Shown here piece by piece: positions 37,366 to 48,247 of a DNA stretch of 64,000 bases. The stretch lies in the NCBI RefSeq assembly GCF_000315625.1, contig NW_005434647.1, positions 522,544-586,543 of the forward strand, given 5' to 3'. The notes beneath the pieces were generated by a model, which was given only the letters and a program-made list of their open reading frames with translations, ran no database searches and was not told the origin of the DNA. A program made the translations under genes and the position numbers. The DNA is from Guillardia theta CCMP2712 (lineage: Eukaryota; Protista; Cryptophyta). How positions within the stretch are numbered: the first letter of the stretch is position 1; each line of letters starts with the position of its first letter.

Positions 37366-37600
37366 TTTTCTCTTCTTGCCGTCATAGTCCCAGTGATGGC
37401 CTGTGCGACTGCTTTACTCAAGGTTAAATAAAAAATCAGTACTACGGTACGAGGACAATCAGGAGAGTAGAGGAGGCTTGACCCTGACCCTGACGCAAGC
37501 TTCCACTTGTAGAGTCAAGCCTCCTCTACTCTGAGAGTCTCAGCCTGATTGTCCGGGAGTCCCGGCGTACTGATTTTTAACTAAACTTTGAGTCAAGGCG
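37366..37600. repeat. Dispersed repeat, copy B, containing a long imperfect inverted repeat
   Basis: Left arm ACTCAAGGTTAAA..AAAATCAGTAC..GAGGACAATCAGGAGAGTAGAGGAGGCTTGAC pairs with right arm GTCAAGCCTCCTCTACTCT..CCTGATTGTCC..CGTACTGATTTTTAAC..TTTGAGT. Confidence 0.85.
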
Positions 37601-38283
37601 AGTACTACTACATGATCGGATTCTTCTTTCTTTCTTTTTTTTGGTCCCCCGGTGCCTCATCCGGCGAGTCGGTTGGATCCGATGACGGCCGCCCGGCTCC
37701 GGAATCACTCAAACTGGCTTGAAACCATTGAGAGTCGGGGGCTTTGACCCTCACCTTGCAACTTCTCCCGTCAGCCCCCCCGCCACGTAACCAGTAAAGA
37801 TGACGGCCGCTTGTCACCCGGAGTCGAACTGCCTCATGATAACACTCTATTTCCCCGTCAGCGGGAGAAAGACATGAGCGAGAAACGCAACGGTTGAGGA
37901 TGGGGGCACAACTGCAGGAGCATAAGTGATGATATCTTTTTAGGGGGCAAGATGTACCTCCAAGTAGAGGTAGGGGTAGTAACATAGGAAAGGAAGGGGG
38001 TGGGTGGTTATTCACTTTACTCGAGGCGCCAGCGGCAGTCACTCCTTTCTCCCCCGCTCCTCCTCCCCAACTTACCCCCTTCCAGCCGCTCTTCTCTTTA
38101 CACCCGCCCCCTCCTTCTCCTTCTCCATCTCCTCCATCGCTCTTACTCCCCTACCTGCACACTTCTCTTCCTGCTCTTTGCACCTCTGTTGTATTTCCCG
38201 TCTTCACCGTCCCTTCTTACATCCCGCATTTGCCACCCTCTACCACGTGCTCTTCGAGTGTACTTCCCCGTCTCCCAACAACC

Positions 38284-38859
38284 ATGAGCATCCTGACAAC
38301 AGCTTCGCCTCCTGCAGACTCAGATTGGCTCTCTCTCTTCCTCCGGGACATCGACACGGCCTTTCCCCCTTCAGCTCAGGATCTTCTTTTCCTCATGGAC
38401 CCTAACGCAGATCCTTTCTTCACCGATCCCGACTCCCTTCCGTCACCTAGGCAGCACGACATCTCAGACGAAACCAGCAGCTTGCTCTCTCTGCCCCCGT
38501 CGCCAAGTCAGCTCCAGTTTGCCTCCCCTTCCCCTCAGCCAACGTCCCAGCAAGTCACTGGTGTCCGGTCGCCAAGCAAGGACTCAGACTCAGAGCAGGG
38601 CATCCTAAGAAGAGTCTGGAGCAGCGAGGAGCAAGCGAAGTTCATCGAACTTCTGTCCAGGTACTGCCCAGCAGACTCTAGGCCGGTCCATGCCGGGGGG
38701 GTGTTGTTTGGTGGGCTTGGACCAGGGGTTGCCAAACGGATCGCACAGGCTCTTGGAACGCGGTCGCCGGCGCAGGTTCGGTCGCATGCGCAGAAGCACT
38801 TCCAGTCGATGAGCAGGAGGATGGCGAGAGAGCCGGGAGCAAGGCTCCTTCACATCTGA
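38284..38859 (+). CDS. Single-repeat MYB-related (SHAQKYF-class) transcription factor, intronless
   Basis: RRVWSSEEQAKFIELLSRY...GLGPGVAKRIAQALGTRSPAQVRSHAQKHF. Confidence 0.9.
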   Translation: MSILTTASPPADSDWLSLFLRDIDTAFPPSAQDLLFLMDPNADPFFTDPDSLPSPRQHDISDETSSLLSLPPSPSQLQFASPSPQPTSQQVTGVRSPSKDSDSEQGILRRVWSSEEQAKFIELLSRYCPADSRPVHAGGVLFGGLGPGVAKRIAQALGTRSPAQVRSHAQKHFQSMSRRMAREPGARLLHI

Positions 38860-39109
38860 AGTGGAGGTACCTGTGAAGAGAAGGGAGGGACCATGAGTGT
38901 AGATAACAGGGAGTTAAGAAGCGTCAAGATAAAATCAGATAGTCCTTCCTCGTCAGCAGTTGCGTGTCTTAGGTAATAAAGCCACTTGTTTTCCATGCAT
39001 GCTCAAAACTTTGTACACCCTCCTCCTGCTCCCCCTCGTCTTCTATGGCTTAGAGTTGGTGGGCGGCAGGAGGAGGCGTTAGTAGTCATGGCGGCAGCGA
39101 TTGGAAACA

Positions 39110-39239
39110 TCAGCATGCGATATGAACATGATGGTTCAGCATGCGATATGAACATGATGGTTCAGCATGCGATATGAACATGATGGTTCAGCATGCGATA
39201 TGAACATGATGGTTCAGCATGCGATATGAACATGATAGT
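39110..39239. repeat. 26-bp minisatellite, 5 copies (TCAGCATGCGATATGAACATGATGGT)
   Basis: Near-perfect head-to-tail copies with no spacers. The last copy is degenerate at its end. Confidence 0.95.
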
Positions 39240-39318
39240 ATGGAGACGTGAGATAATTGCTTCCTTGTTGGCATACACGAGCGTGCAATTGACCAAAATC
39301 TGATTAAAAAATTGAGTC

Positions 39319-41614
39319 ATGGGGGAGGGGGGTGGGAAGGGTCGCATCTCCATGGCCATGGCTGCGGCTCTGCTGCTCATGGGCTCGTGCGATGGCAGCA
39401 TGGCGCATGCTGCTCGTCGGCCGACGGGCTTCCTCCTTATGCCATGGCATCGTCAGGGATGGAAGGTGCAAGCTATGAGACGGACCGTCTGCTGCTCCTC
39501 CATCAGACCTGCCGTGCCCCTATGCGATTGGCTCGAGACCAACGGCGCGAATGGCATCGGCGACCTGGTAACCATCGCCAGGACGTCGGACGGGCAGCTC
39601 GGCATGTTCGCTCTGCAAGAGCTCCACAAGGATCAGCGCGTGCTCTCCCTGCCCGCTAGCATCTGCTTCTCCGAGGAACGTGAGCTGGAGGAGGAGGAGG
39701 AGGAGGAGATGACTGGAGCTCTCGGAGCTCTAAGCGACTTGTACGGCTTCAGCGAGGAGTCTCCTGTCGGAGAGCCAAGTATCGTCCTGCAGCTCTTGCG
39801 GGAGTTGAGCAAAGGTCAGCAGTCCCGCTGGTTTGGGTACTTGCAAGCTCTTCCAGCACAGGACAGGTTGGATGCCCTGTGGCTGGATGAGGGTGTTTGC
39901 TTGCTCGACGATCAGTGCGACTTGTTGAGGCAGAGCTGTAAGATATCAAGAGCAGTCGATCGAGAGTTCAAGCACCTTGACGAAGCGATCTTCGCACATG
40001 ACGTGTCAAGGTACCCTAGGGGAACATACAACCTGCAGACTTACAGGCAAAGCTGCGTCTGATCTCATTGCTTGTCAAGGCTGACATGTTCTGTTCTCTT
40101 GCACGTGAAGATGGGCCAAGAGTTTGGTGCTCTCTCGAGCATACGCTGTGGATGAGTTTGGCGGCCTCATGATGCTTCTGCCTGGTGACCTCTAAAGTTC
40201 CCCTCCTCCATTCGTCCTCCCTCCTTCCTCCCTCCTTCCTCCCTCCTTCCTCCCTTCATCCTTCCTTCATTCTCTCCTCCCTCCCATGTTCCCCGACACC
40301 TTCTCCGACTTGTCCTGTCTTCGTCTCCCGCTCGTCAGTGTACCAGCGTTGACTTGTAGCTCGTCACCAGGGATTGACTTTGCGAATCACAACCCGCACG
40401 TAAGCAGCGTGAGGGCTGGTGGGGCTGTTGAAGTCTCGCAGGTTTCGTACAACGTGAGAGGTGAAGATGATCTCGATGATGCGGGGAGAGTTTCCTTGTT
40501 CGTTGACCGAGCATACCAGAAGGGCGAGCAAGTGCATGCCATTCATCTGCATCTCCTCTCTTTCTCCGCTTGACGATTACCATGTCTCCAAGGTGTGGAG
40601 CAGTTACGGCAACCTTGACGACGAGCAACTTGCGCTCATGTTCGGTTTCACGTGTGCGGCAGACGGAGGAGGAGGAGAGGAGAAGAGAGGAGTGAACGTG
40701 GATTTCTCAGCCCTTGTGGATGTGAGTACGTGGAATCAGTCCCTCCCTCCTTGCCTCCCTTCCTCTACCCCCCCCCCCTCTCCCTGCTTCCCCCCCAACC
40801 TGGTACAGAGAAAGGGGGGGAGGGGGGGATGACAGACAGACAGAGACAGAGACAGAGACAGAGGAGGGGGGGAAGGGGGGGGAAGAGCCCTTTCACCCTG
40901 ATCCTGATATTCTCCTCGTTGCATCCTTTCCGAATGATCTCCGAAATGTCGTACGCTGACCTTCTCCCCAGACTTTTCCAGGGCCTGAAAGATCAGAAAT
41001 TCTCAATCGTCTGAGAGCTGCGAACCTCAATGGAAGGAGCATATTAAGATTGAGCACAAAAGTCATCCGGGTGAGAAGAATGGGTTTCCGACTCCCCTCT
41101 CATTCTTGTGATCCTTCTTTCCTTCAACCCTCACGTACTCCTACTCCTCTTGCTCCCCCTGCCCCTCCTGCCCCTCCTTGTTCTGCTCCTCCATCATCTG
41201 CCTAAAGGCTCTTTCTCTCATTTCAGCATCACTGTTCTTTGTCATCACTGATCCTCCCCTTCAGCGCATACAGGATATTCCCCCGCACATCTTCCTCCTT
41301 CATCCTCTCGGCAAGTTCGCTCCTCGTCTCCTCCTGCCATGACCCTGAGCAGGAGCAGACGAGAACGACCAACAGCGGGCGTGTTTGAATAGCCTGACTC
41401 GTTTCCTTGAGGTCTTCTCCTCTCTCTTTCTGCTCTCGTCGTGACCGATCCGCAGGAGGAGCAGGAGAGGGTGCGCGCGAATCTGCGGCAGGCAGGGGAG
41501 AGGGAGGAGACGAGGAGCAAGCTGCTGGAACAAGTGCTGGAGCAGAGGCTGGCGGAGACAGAGAAGCTGGTTGAACATTTACATGGGCTGATAGCAGATG
41601 ACATGAAACGATGA
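39319..41614 (+). CDS. SET-domain protein-lysine methyltransferase (Rubisco LSMT-like), possibly plastid-targeted, multi-exon
   Basis: LCDWLETNG...GMFALQELHKDQRVLSLP, SRWFGYLQALP, YR|WAKSLVLSRAY, LLP|GIDFANHNP, YQKGEQ|VWSSYGNLDDEQLALMFGF. N-terminal hydrophobic stretch, with an alternative start at 39352. Confidence 0.85.
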
Positions 41615-41699
41615 TGATGAAAATGATGATGATGATGATATGAGGAGGAGGAGGAGGAGGAGGAGGAGGAGGAATGTAACTGTCTCCTCTGCTCCTTTG

Positions 41700-44302
41700 T
41701 CACTCTTTCTTCTCCTTGAAGTCAGCAGGCGTGAAGCCGCTGTGACGATCCTGTAGAAGCAAGTCAGAGCCCAGCACAAGAGTCAAGATGCCCCAGCACC
41801 TCTGGCGGCACAAACTCGAGATCTGACAACCGAAATGTCAATGGGACGAGCACGACCAGAGTCTTGAGGGAGAAGAACGTGAAGGGAGTAGAGAAATACG
41901 TAGAGGATGAGGGGCAGGGGCATCACAAGGAGGGACGACAAAATTGTTAGAGGTGGAGGAAGTGGAAGAGGAAGGGGGGGGGGGGGGGTGGTTGGGACGA
42001 GGAGGAGGAGGAGGAGGAGGAAGGTACTCACGGAGGATGTCGAACACGTCCTTCTCTCGGGTGCATTTAAAGGGGAGGGAGAAATTCTCCTCCTCCTCCC
42101 CTCCGCGGGTGACTCGGTAGATGCCATGGTCAGAGAGGGAGAGGCCCTTCTTCTTGGCTAGGAGGCGCATGGAGCGGTTGAAGTGGTCGGATCCCGTCAT
42201 GTGCAGTAGGGCAAAAGGGACCTGCGGAAGAAGGGTGAGCGAGAGAGGAGAGAGCAAGGAAGGAGAGGGGAGGAGTAGAGAGGAGAGAAAGGTAGAGGAG
42301 GAGGTAGGAGGAAGGCAGCTAGCAGAGTGAAAGGAAAAGGAAGGCGCTGAGAAACGAGCAGGAGCAGCGAACAGCACAGACAGGACAGGAGTGAGCAGGG
42401 AGGAGGAGAGAACCTGGTCTATGGGGTACGATTTGACGTCAAACCGTCTCCACCTCCCCTCCGTCCCCTTCCTCCGCAGGATACCCATCCAGTTGCAGCA
42501 TCCGTCGTGGTTCGCGCTCCTCGAGGGGAGGGAGAGCGTCTTCACGTCGAACTCGCTCTGAAGCTCCTCCATCAGCTTCTCCACGACCTCAACGCCGCAC
42601 CCTCCGTCCTTGCGCGTGAGCAGACAGTCGATGTCTCCACTCTCCTGCTTCCCCCTCCTGTAGCTCCCGCACGCGATCACCTCCACCGTCGCTCCCCCCA
42701 CTCGCTGTGCATGCTGGCGGATCGCCTGCTCCAGCGCCGCCACCTCCCTCCTTGGCATCTTCGTGTTGATGTCCTCGTTGTGCTCTACCCCGATCCTCAC
42801 GTGGGTCGGCAGGTGCACCTGCCTCGCCCCCTCCCCGACCGTTGTCTTCCCCTTCAGCTCCTCCACGCTGCGGATCCCGGCAGCGATGAGCCGACGGGCT
42901 AACGTGTCCCCGACCCCCCACACGTTTTTCAGCTCCTGGAGGATCTTGAGGTTCGGGTTGCTTTTCATGGTCTCCAACTTGGCTATCCTCCCCGTGTCGA
43001 AGAGCTCCTGGATCTTCTCTCCTATCCTGCTCCCTATCGCTGCCTTCCCTGCCAGCTCCGCCCTCCAGTTCTCGCTCGTCAGCTCGACCTCTACCTTGGA
43101 AATTGCTGCGATCGCCTTGCGGTAAGCCATCTCCCTCCACTTTTCTCCCTTCGCCGCGTACGTCTCCTCCATCTCCTTCAGTGCCATCGTCAGCTCCTTG
43201 TTCCGTATCGTCCCATCCTCCATCGCCTCCTTGTGAGAAAGCTCCACTCCCTTCCCCCTGCTCCTCCCGCACAGGTACGACTGACGGTAGAGGTCCTGCC
43301 GGTCCGGCGGCAACAAGCTTGATGCATCCTCCTGCAGGACCAGTCAGTCCATGAGCCTAAGGCGGAAACCGACAGGGCAACGCATCTTCTCACTTGCTCC
43401 TCCTCCTTCCCCTTCCCCTCCTGCTTGTACTCGTTCATCTACTCTCCACCCTCATTCTCTTCCATCCCCTCTCTTGTCACCTCCTGCTCTTCGTCTTCCC
43501 CGTCGGAGGGGACCAGTGCTCGTTGGATCACTGTCTCGAAGCGGTCAGAGCGTTCGTTGGAAATTGCTATCCCCGCGTGCTCTCTCTCTATCTTGTTGGC
43601 AGCCTGCTTGCTCATGCTCTCTCGCTCACACCTGCTCTTGTGCCCAAACTCTGTCTCGCATCTCCGCAGCTTGCAAGGACGGAGAGCAGTCGTCACTTTT
43701 ACGTCGCTGGGAGGGGAGGGGAGGGAAACGGGAGAGTCTTGATCTCCGCGCTCCCTTCCTCTCCTCGCTGGTTTCCAGAGAGTCATGACTTGCTGAGGGT
43801 GCGGGCTGGCTGCCTCTCGCGGTCTCTCCTTCTCCTTCCAGGTGTGCTCTTCATCATGCAGCAGCCTTCCTTGTACGATGCATTCGTCGATCCAGCTGAA
43901 TCGCTTGCAGTGGGAGGAGAAGGAGTGCAGAGGCGCCTCAAGGTGTTGTTGAGCTTGAGAAAGGCTCGTCTCGTCATGGATGATGACAAACGTGTCATCC
44001 TCCTGTAAGAACTCGAGCAGGGTGTTCTTCTTGCGCTGGATGGCGCTCCTTTCATAGACTGTCCCCCCCTGCTCCTCAACCTTGTGTTTCGTTTCTACGC
44101 ATTCACGGCAATCGCAGAAGCCTTCTTGATGGATCACAACCATGTTGCAGAACTGGAACACGTCCTGTGCTTCTCTTGCTTCGCATGCCTGCACTCCTTC
44201 CTTTCCTTCAGGCTCGTTCCCTTCAGATGCCTTCCACTTGCTTGTTTGGAGTCTCGATTTTTGACGGAAGAACATGTCTATGCAAGCTTGTTGGGCTGAC
44301 AT
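41700..44302 (-). CDS. X-family DNA polymerase (Pol lambda-like) with N-terminal BRCT domain, multi-exon
   Basis: BRCT-like (VEEQGGTV...SWIDECI), lyase domain (AYRKAIAAI, IGSRIGEKIQE), HhH VWGVG, KMPRRE, GSYRRGKQESGDIDCL, RRFDVK, FALLHMTGSDHFNRSMR, EKDVFDIL|HLEFVPPE|DR...KE*. The start codon is uncertain because the frame is open to 44422. Confidence 0.92.
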
Positions 44303-44589
44303 GAAGCTTGAAGACGATGAAGTTCTTCTATCCTCGCGTCTCTCTCCTTCCTCCTCCTCCTCCGCCGCCGCCGTCTCCGCTAACTCCAAACATGGCAACG
44401 GTCTCCACGAACCTAGGGTCACTGTGCTGCCCTTTTCATTCGGGTAGAAAAGCTAATTCAAAGTTTCTGTCTTTTATGAAATCGATCAAAAGTAAGCGAG
44501 GTGAGCTTGCTTTCTCTGATGCAAACTCACCGGGCCCGGGGCCCACGCGGCGGCCCCGGCGGGCCTCGAGCGGACATGAGGGGGGTGAG

Positions 44590-45108
44590 GCAAGCTCAGA
44601 AGGGCATGTAGAGACACATGTAGAGGCGCTGAGATACTTGGAGTCGGACCGGAGCTGCTGGAACAGGCAGATGTAAATGGTCAGACCTGTGCGCCGCTTG
44701 GGCAAGCGCTGCGAAAAGGGGCCGGGGCATTTTGAGGTCACGGTGCTCAAGTATCTCGTGGAAGTTGGGAGAAAGGATCTCCTGGTGCAGAAGGACGAGG
44801 ATGGATCTACATGCGTCCATGCTGCAAGCTCGGGAGGGTATGTGGATGTGCTACGATACCTGGTTGAGCAAGAGGGTCCAGAGCTACTTGGATGTAGGCA
44901 AATCATTCGACGGGTCGACCGGCGCTCATGTGGCAAGTTCAGAAGGCCATATGGAGGTGCTAAGGTACCTCGGAGAAGTTGGGGGGCGCGAGTTGCTGGC
45001 GCAGGCGGACGAGGCAGGAAGGACATGCGCGCACTACGCCAGCAAGGGAGAGCATGTTGAGGTTCTCAAGTACCTCGAGGAAGTATGTGGACTCGAAATC
45101 CCTGATTG
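44590..45108 (+). pseudogene. Frameshifted ankyrin-repeat gene relic
   Basis: About five units of TCAH.AS..GH.EVL.YL.E..G.ELL...D..G spread over several reading frames, with no intact start and several small insertions. Confidence 0.8.
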
Positions 45109-45635
45109 ATGTTTGTATGACGCTCGAATGATTTCTCGCAGCACTGAAACTATCTTGATGTTCAGATAGATGACTCGGACAGTTTCAGTAAAATCGACCG
45201 CAAACTGCTTCCACAAATCGCCTTCGACTTGGTCCTTGCTAGATGATTTTGACTGAGTCAGTGATAATGTTCTTACTCGGCCGCAGGGGGGACCGCCCGA
45301 TCGGTCCCCGCCCCCCCCCGAGTGATCGAGCCGTCCCAGAGACAGCAGCTCGATCAAAGTCGGACTGTGAGGCCGTCGAACATGAAGTGGAAAGGGGTGA
45401 CTGAAGTTACCATGATCCAATTTGAGTATGTAGTTGATCAGTAAATTACATCATTAAGGTGAGCTTTCTTTCCATTCCTAAAGCTCAGGCAGAGACGACG
45501 GAAAATTGTAAGATATCATTTCAGTCGTCTGAAAGCATCTGAGACATGCGAGGAAGCGTGACAAGTGAGAGTGTGATGGAAGGTTTGCGATCATTTTCTT
45601 TATTCACAAGCAACACACAGCTATCTAAATTATCT

Positions 45636-47519
45636 TCACACTAAAAACATCTTCTCGTCCATCTTGTCGAGCGCGGCTCGCACAGGAGCGAGTCCTTCCT
45701 CCTCGAGCACATTCACCAGCATGTCCCTAGCGGACTGCTTTCTGGTGGACTCGAACAGCTCTTGCTGCAGCTCACCGGAGAGCACGAACTTGAGCATGGC
45801 AGGAGAGAAGCCGCTCAGCATCGTGATGCCGGGAGCGTCAGGAGGAGCATGGAAACCATTGCATGCATCCTTGACGTTCCAGAAGATGATCTGAGGGAGA
45901 TCGAGGGGCTTCCCATACAGCTTCTCTCCTGCCTGAGCGAACAACTTGGTCAGGTTCTCGTAGAGAGTGCTCGGTTCGGCATCGCTCGCACTGTTGAACT
46001 GCATGTCCGAGATGATGAGGAGGTTCGGCACGTCCTCCGAGCTCAGCTTCTTCTCCTCAACGAGGGACAGCACGAGCTCCATGGCCTTGTAGATGTCGGT
46101 GCTGCAGCCCCAGTCCGACTCCCTCACGTGCTGCACCTTGTCCACAAAGTCCCGGCAGTCCCCGAGAAGCCTCCATGAGGGCTCGGACGAGAAGGAGAGG
46201 ACGCGGTCCTTGTAGGCCGGGTGCGACAGCTCGGAGCACAGGATCCCAAGGGCGATCGACACGAACATGGGCACACCGCTCATGGACCCGGAAACATCGC
46301 ACATGGCGATGGTCTTGCCGAGGTCGACAGGCCTCGATGAGCCGGAGGCGATCGCCTTGTCTTGCAGGGCATCTTGGACGATCGAGAGCACCTGCGAGAC
46401 TTTACCGGTGCTCTCGTTCGCCTCCTTGGCCGCAAGAGCGTCCTCAAGGTCCTGCGCGTTCTTTCGCAGCTCCTCCTTTCTCTTTGCTATCATCTCCTCC
46501 ACCCCCTCTCTGACCTTGGCCCACAGGCACTGGTACAGCTCGCGGCTGGCCTCGGAGATGCCTCCCCTCTTATCGCTCTCTTCCCAGACCTCCTTCACAA
46601 GGTCGTGCGGGAACAGCTGCTTCCCTTGCAGCTTCTTTGAGCGCATAGCGTCCAGGAAAGCTTCCCGGCATGCGAGCCTCGCAGCATCCTTGGAGCGCTC
46701 CTGGGGAGGATTTCCGCGCTCGTTGAGGAAGGCTTTGCTGTAGCGCTTCACAGCCAGCGAGGGCACCTTGTTGAAATCGATGCTGTCCCACTCATGGGCG
46801 CACATCTTTGTCTCGCAGACATTGAGCGCTCTTCGCAGCTCGGCAAGAAGCTTGCGGTACTTGCCCTTAGCATACCGTGCTGCTTTTTCTGGCTGCTTGG
46901 TACCGCTCAAGATGTCTTTGTACATCTTTTCGCAGATGCAGCGCACAGCGTGCAGCTGACGGTCAAAGGCATGGCCTTCAGAAGGAGCATACTTTGCGCA
47001 GAGAGAAAGTTTCGGCTCTCGCGCCTCCTTCTTTGCAAGGACCAACTCCTCATGGTCTGCTTGCAATTGGTCTGCGAACAGGGACCAAACCTTGCCCGCC
47101 AGTCTTTCATAACCGATCTGCTTGCTTGCTGCTTTGCAACGCTCAAGCAGAAACAGCAGATCTTTCCAGTAGCCAAAGGAAGGCACAAGCTCAAGAAGCT
47201 CGACAACAACGTCTGGAAACTTCTCGTGGAGGATCCTCATCATGGCGAGAAACAGGGCTCTTTCACCCTTTCCTCCCCGGCACCACCGAGTCTGAAAGGT
47301 CAAGACGAAGAGGGATTTGATCGCCTCTACATCCTTGGCCTCCTTTGACTCTGACACCGCTTGCTCAATCAGCGAGCGAATGCCTTCCTCCGGAAACCCC
47401 CGCACCAGGCCCCCCAGCAACTGCAGAAGAGGATCCCCATAGGACAGGGACTCCATCTCCCAATGCCCATTCTCTCCTCGGGAGAGAGGATAACTGGGAA
47501 AGGTTGCGGCTGATGCCAT
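45636..47519 (-). CDS. DUF2828 family protein (TROVE-like helical region plus vWA), intronless, 627 aa
   Basis: GENG, FQTR..RGGKGER, GYWKDL, SLCAKYAPSE, YRK, ETKMC..EW..IDFNKVPS, LFPHDLV, MIDAS DVSGSM, WG.STD, ISDMQF, IIFWNV, SGFS. Confidence 0.9.
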   Translation of the reverse strand: MASAATFPSYPLSRGENGHWEMESLSYGDPLLQLLGGLVRGFPEEGIRSLIEQAVSESKEAKDVEAIKSLFVLTFQTRWCRGGKGERALFLAMMRILHEKFPDVVVELLELVPSFGYWKDLLFLLERCKAASKQIGYERLAGKVWSLFADQLQADHEELVLAKKEAREPKLSLCAKYAPSEGHAFDRQLHAVRCICEKMYKDILSGTKQPEKAARYAKGKYRKLLAELRRALNVCETKMCAHEWDSIDFNKVPSLAVKRYSKAFLNERGNPPQERSKDAARLACREAFLDAMRSKKLQGKQLFPHDLVKEVWEESDKRGGISEASRELYQCLWAKVREGVEEMIAKRKEELRKNAQDLEDALAAKEANESTGKVSQVLSIVQDALQDKAIASGSSRPVDLGKTIAMCDVSGSMSGVPMFVSIALGILCSELSHPAYKDRVLSFSSEPSWRLLGDCRDFVDKVQHVRESDWGCSTDIYKAMELVLSLVEEKKLSSEDVPNLLIISDMQFNSASDAEPSTLYENLTKLFAQAGEKLYGKPLDLPQIIFWNVKDACNGFHAPPDAPGITMLSGFSPAMLKFVLSGELQQELFESTRKQSARDMLVNVLEEEGLAPVRAALDKMDEKMFLV

Positions 47520-48247
47520 GGCAGGTACAGGGATCGAAGGAAGACTGGGTTTGCTTGGTAGGAGGAGGGGAGGGGAACGGCTGTGGCAACGGGAGGAGGG
47601 GGAGGAAGAGATTACTGGATGGGACGGGAGGGAACCTTTTGATAATCAGGTTCCCTACCCTACCCCTAATACCCTCCAGTACCCTTACCCCCTTAATTCC
47701 CATTAAGTACCCCCTGTTATCTCACCACCTCAACACCAATTTAACCAGGAATTTTTTCTTACCACCCCTTTTCGTGACAACCGACTATGAACATACCAGT
47801 AGTAGGGGTACTCCAAGTTTAGGCGGTCTGCAGCAGAGAAGGAAGGGGTTCAGCGACAGTAGAAAGTAGGGGTGTACGTTGAAAAGGTGATACAGTCACA
47901 GGGGTGGGGTGGAGCTGAGCTCGGGTGGTTCAGGTAAGTTTGTGGGAATCAAGACCAGTGATGTTGGCAGACCAGAACTTCAGACTTGTGACAGCCTGTC
48001 CTCGAGTCCAGCTGGCAGCTCAGCTGAAGGCCTCATGGCACCGTGACCAGGTGACCGTGCCTGACTGTCAGTGACTCCGGGCGGCCGGCCCGGGAGGGGA
48101 CGGGCCCCGGCCCGCGGGCATGATCCGGTCCGGCGGCGATGCCATGATGCACGAGTGCCCCGGCCCGGCTCCGAGTCAGTGCTAGTGTGTGTGTATCATA
48201 GTAGGTAGTTGCGTGATTCACTGCTCTCGTCTGCAGCAGGAGAAGCT

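Noticed and set aside
39110-39239. 26-bp repeats as a CRISPR array
   Set aside because: Copies are head-to-tail with no unique spacers, there are no cas genes and the context is eukaryotic. It is a minisatellite.
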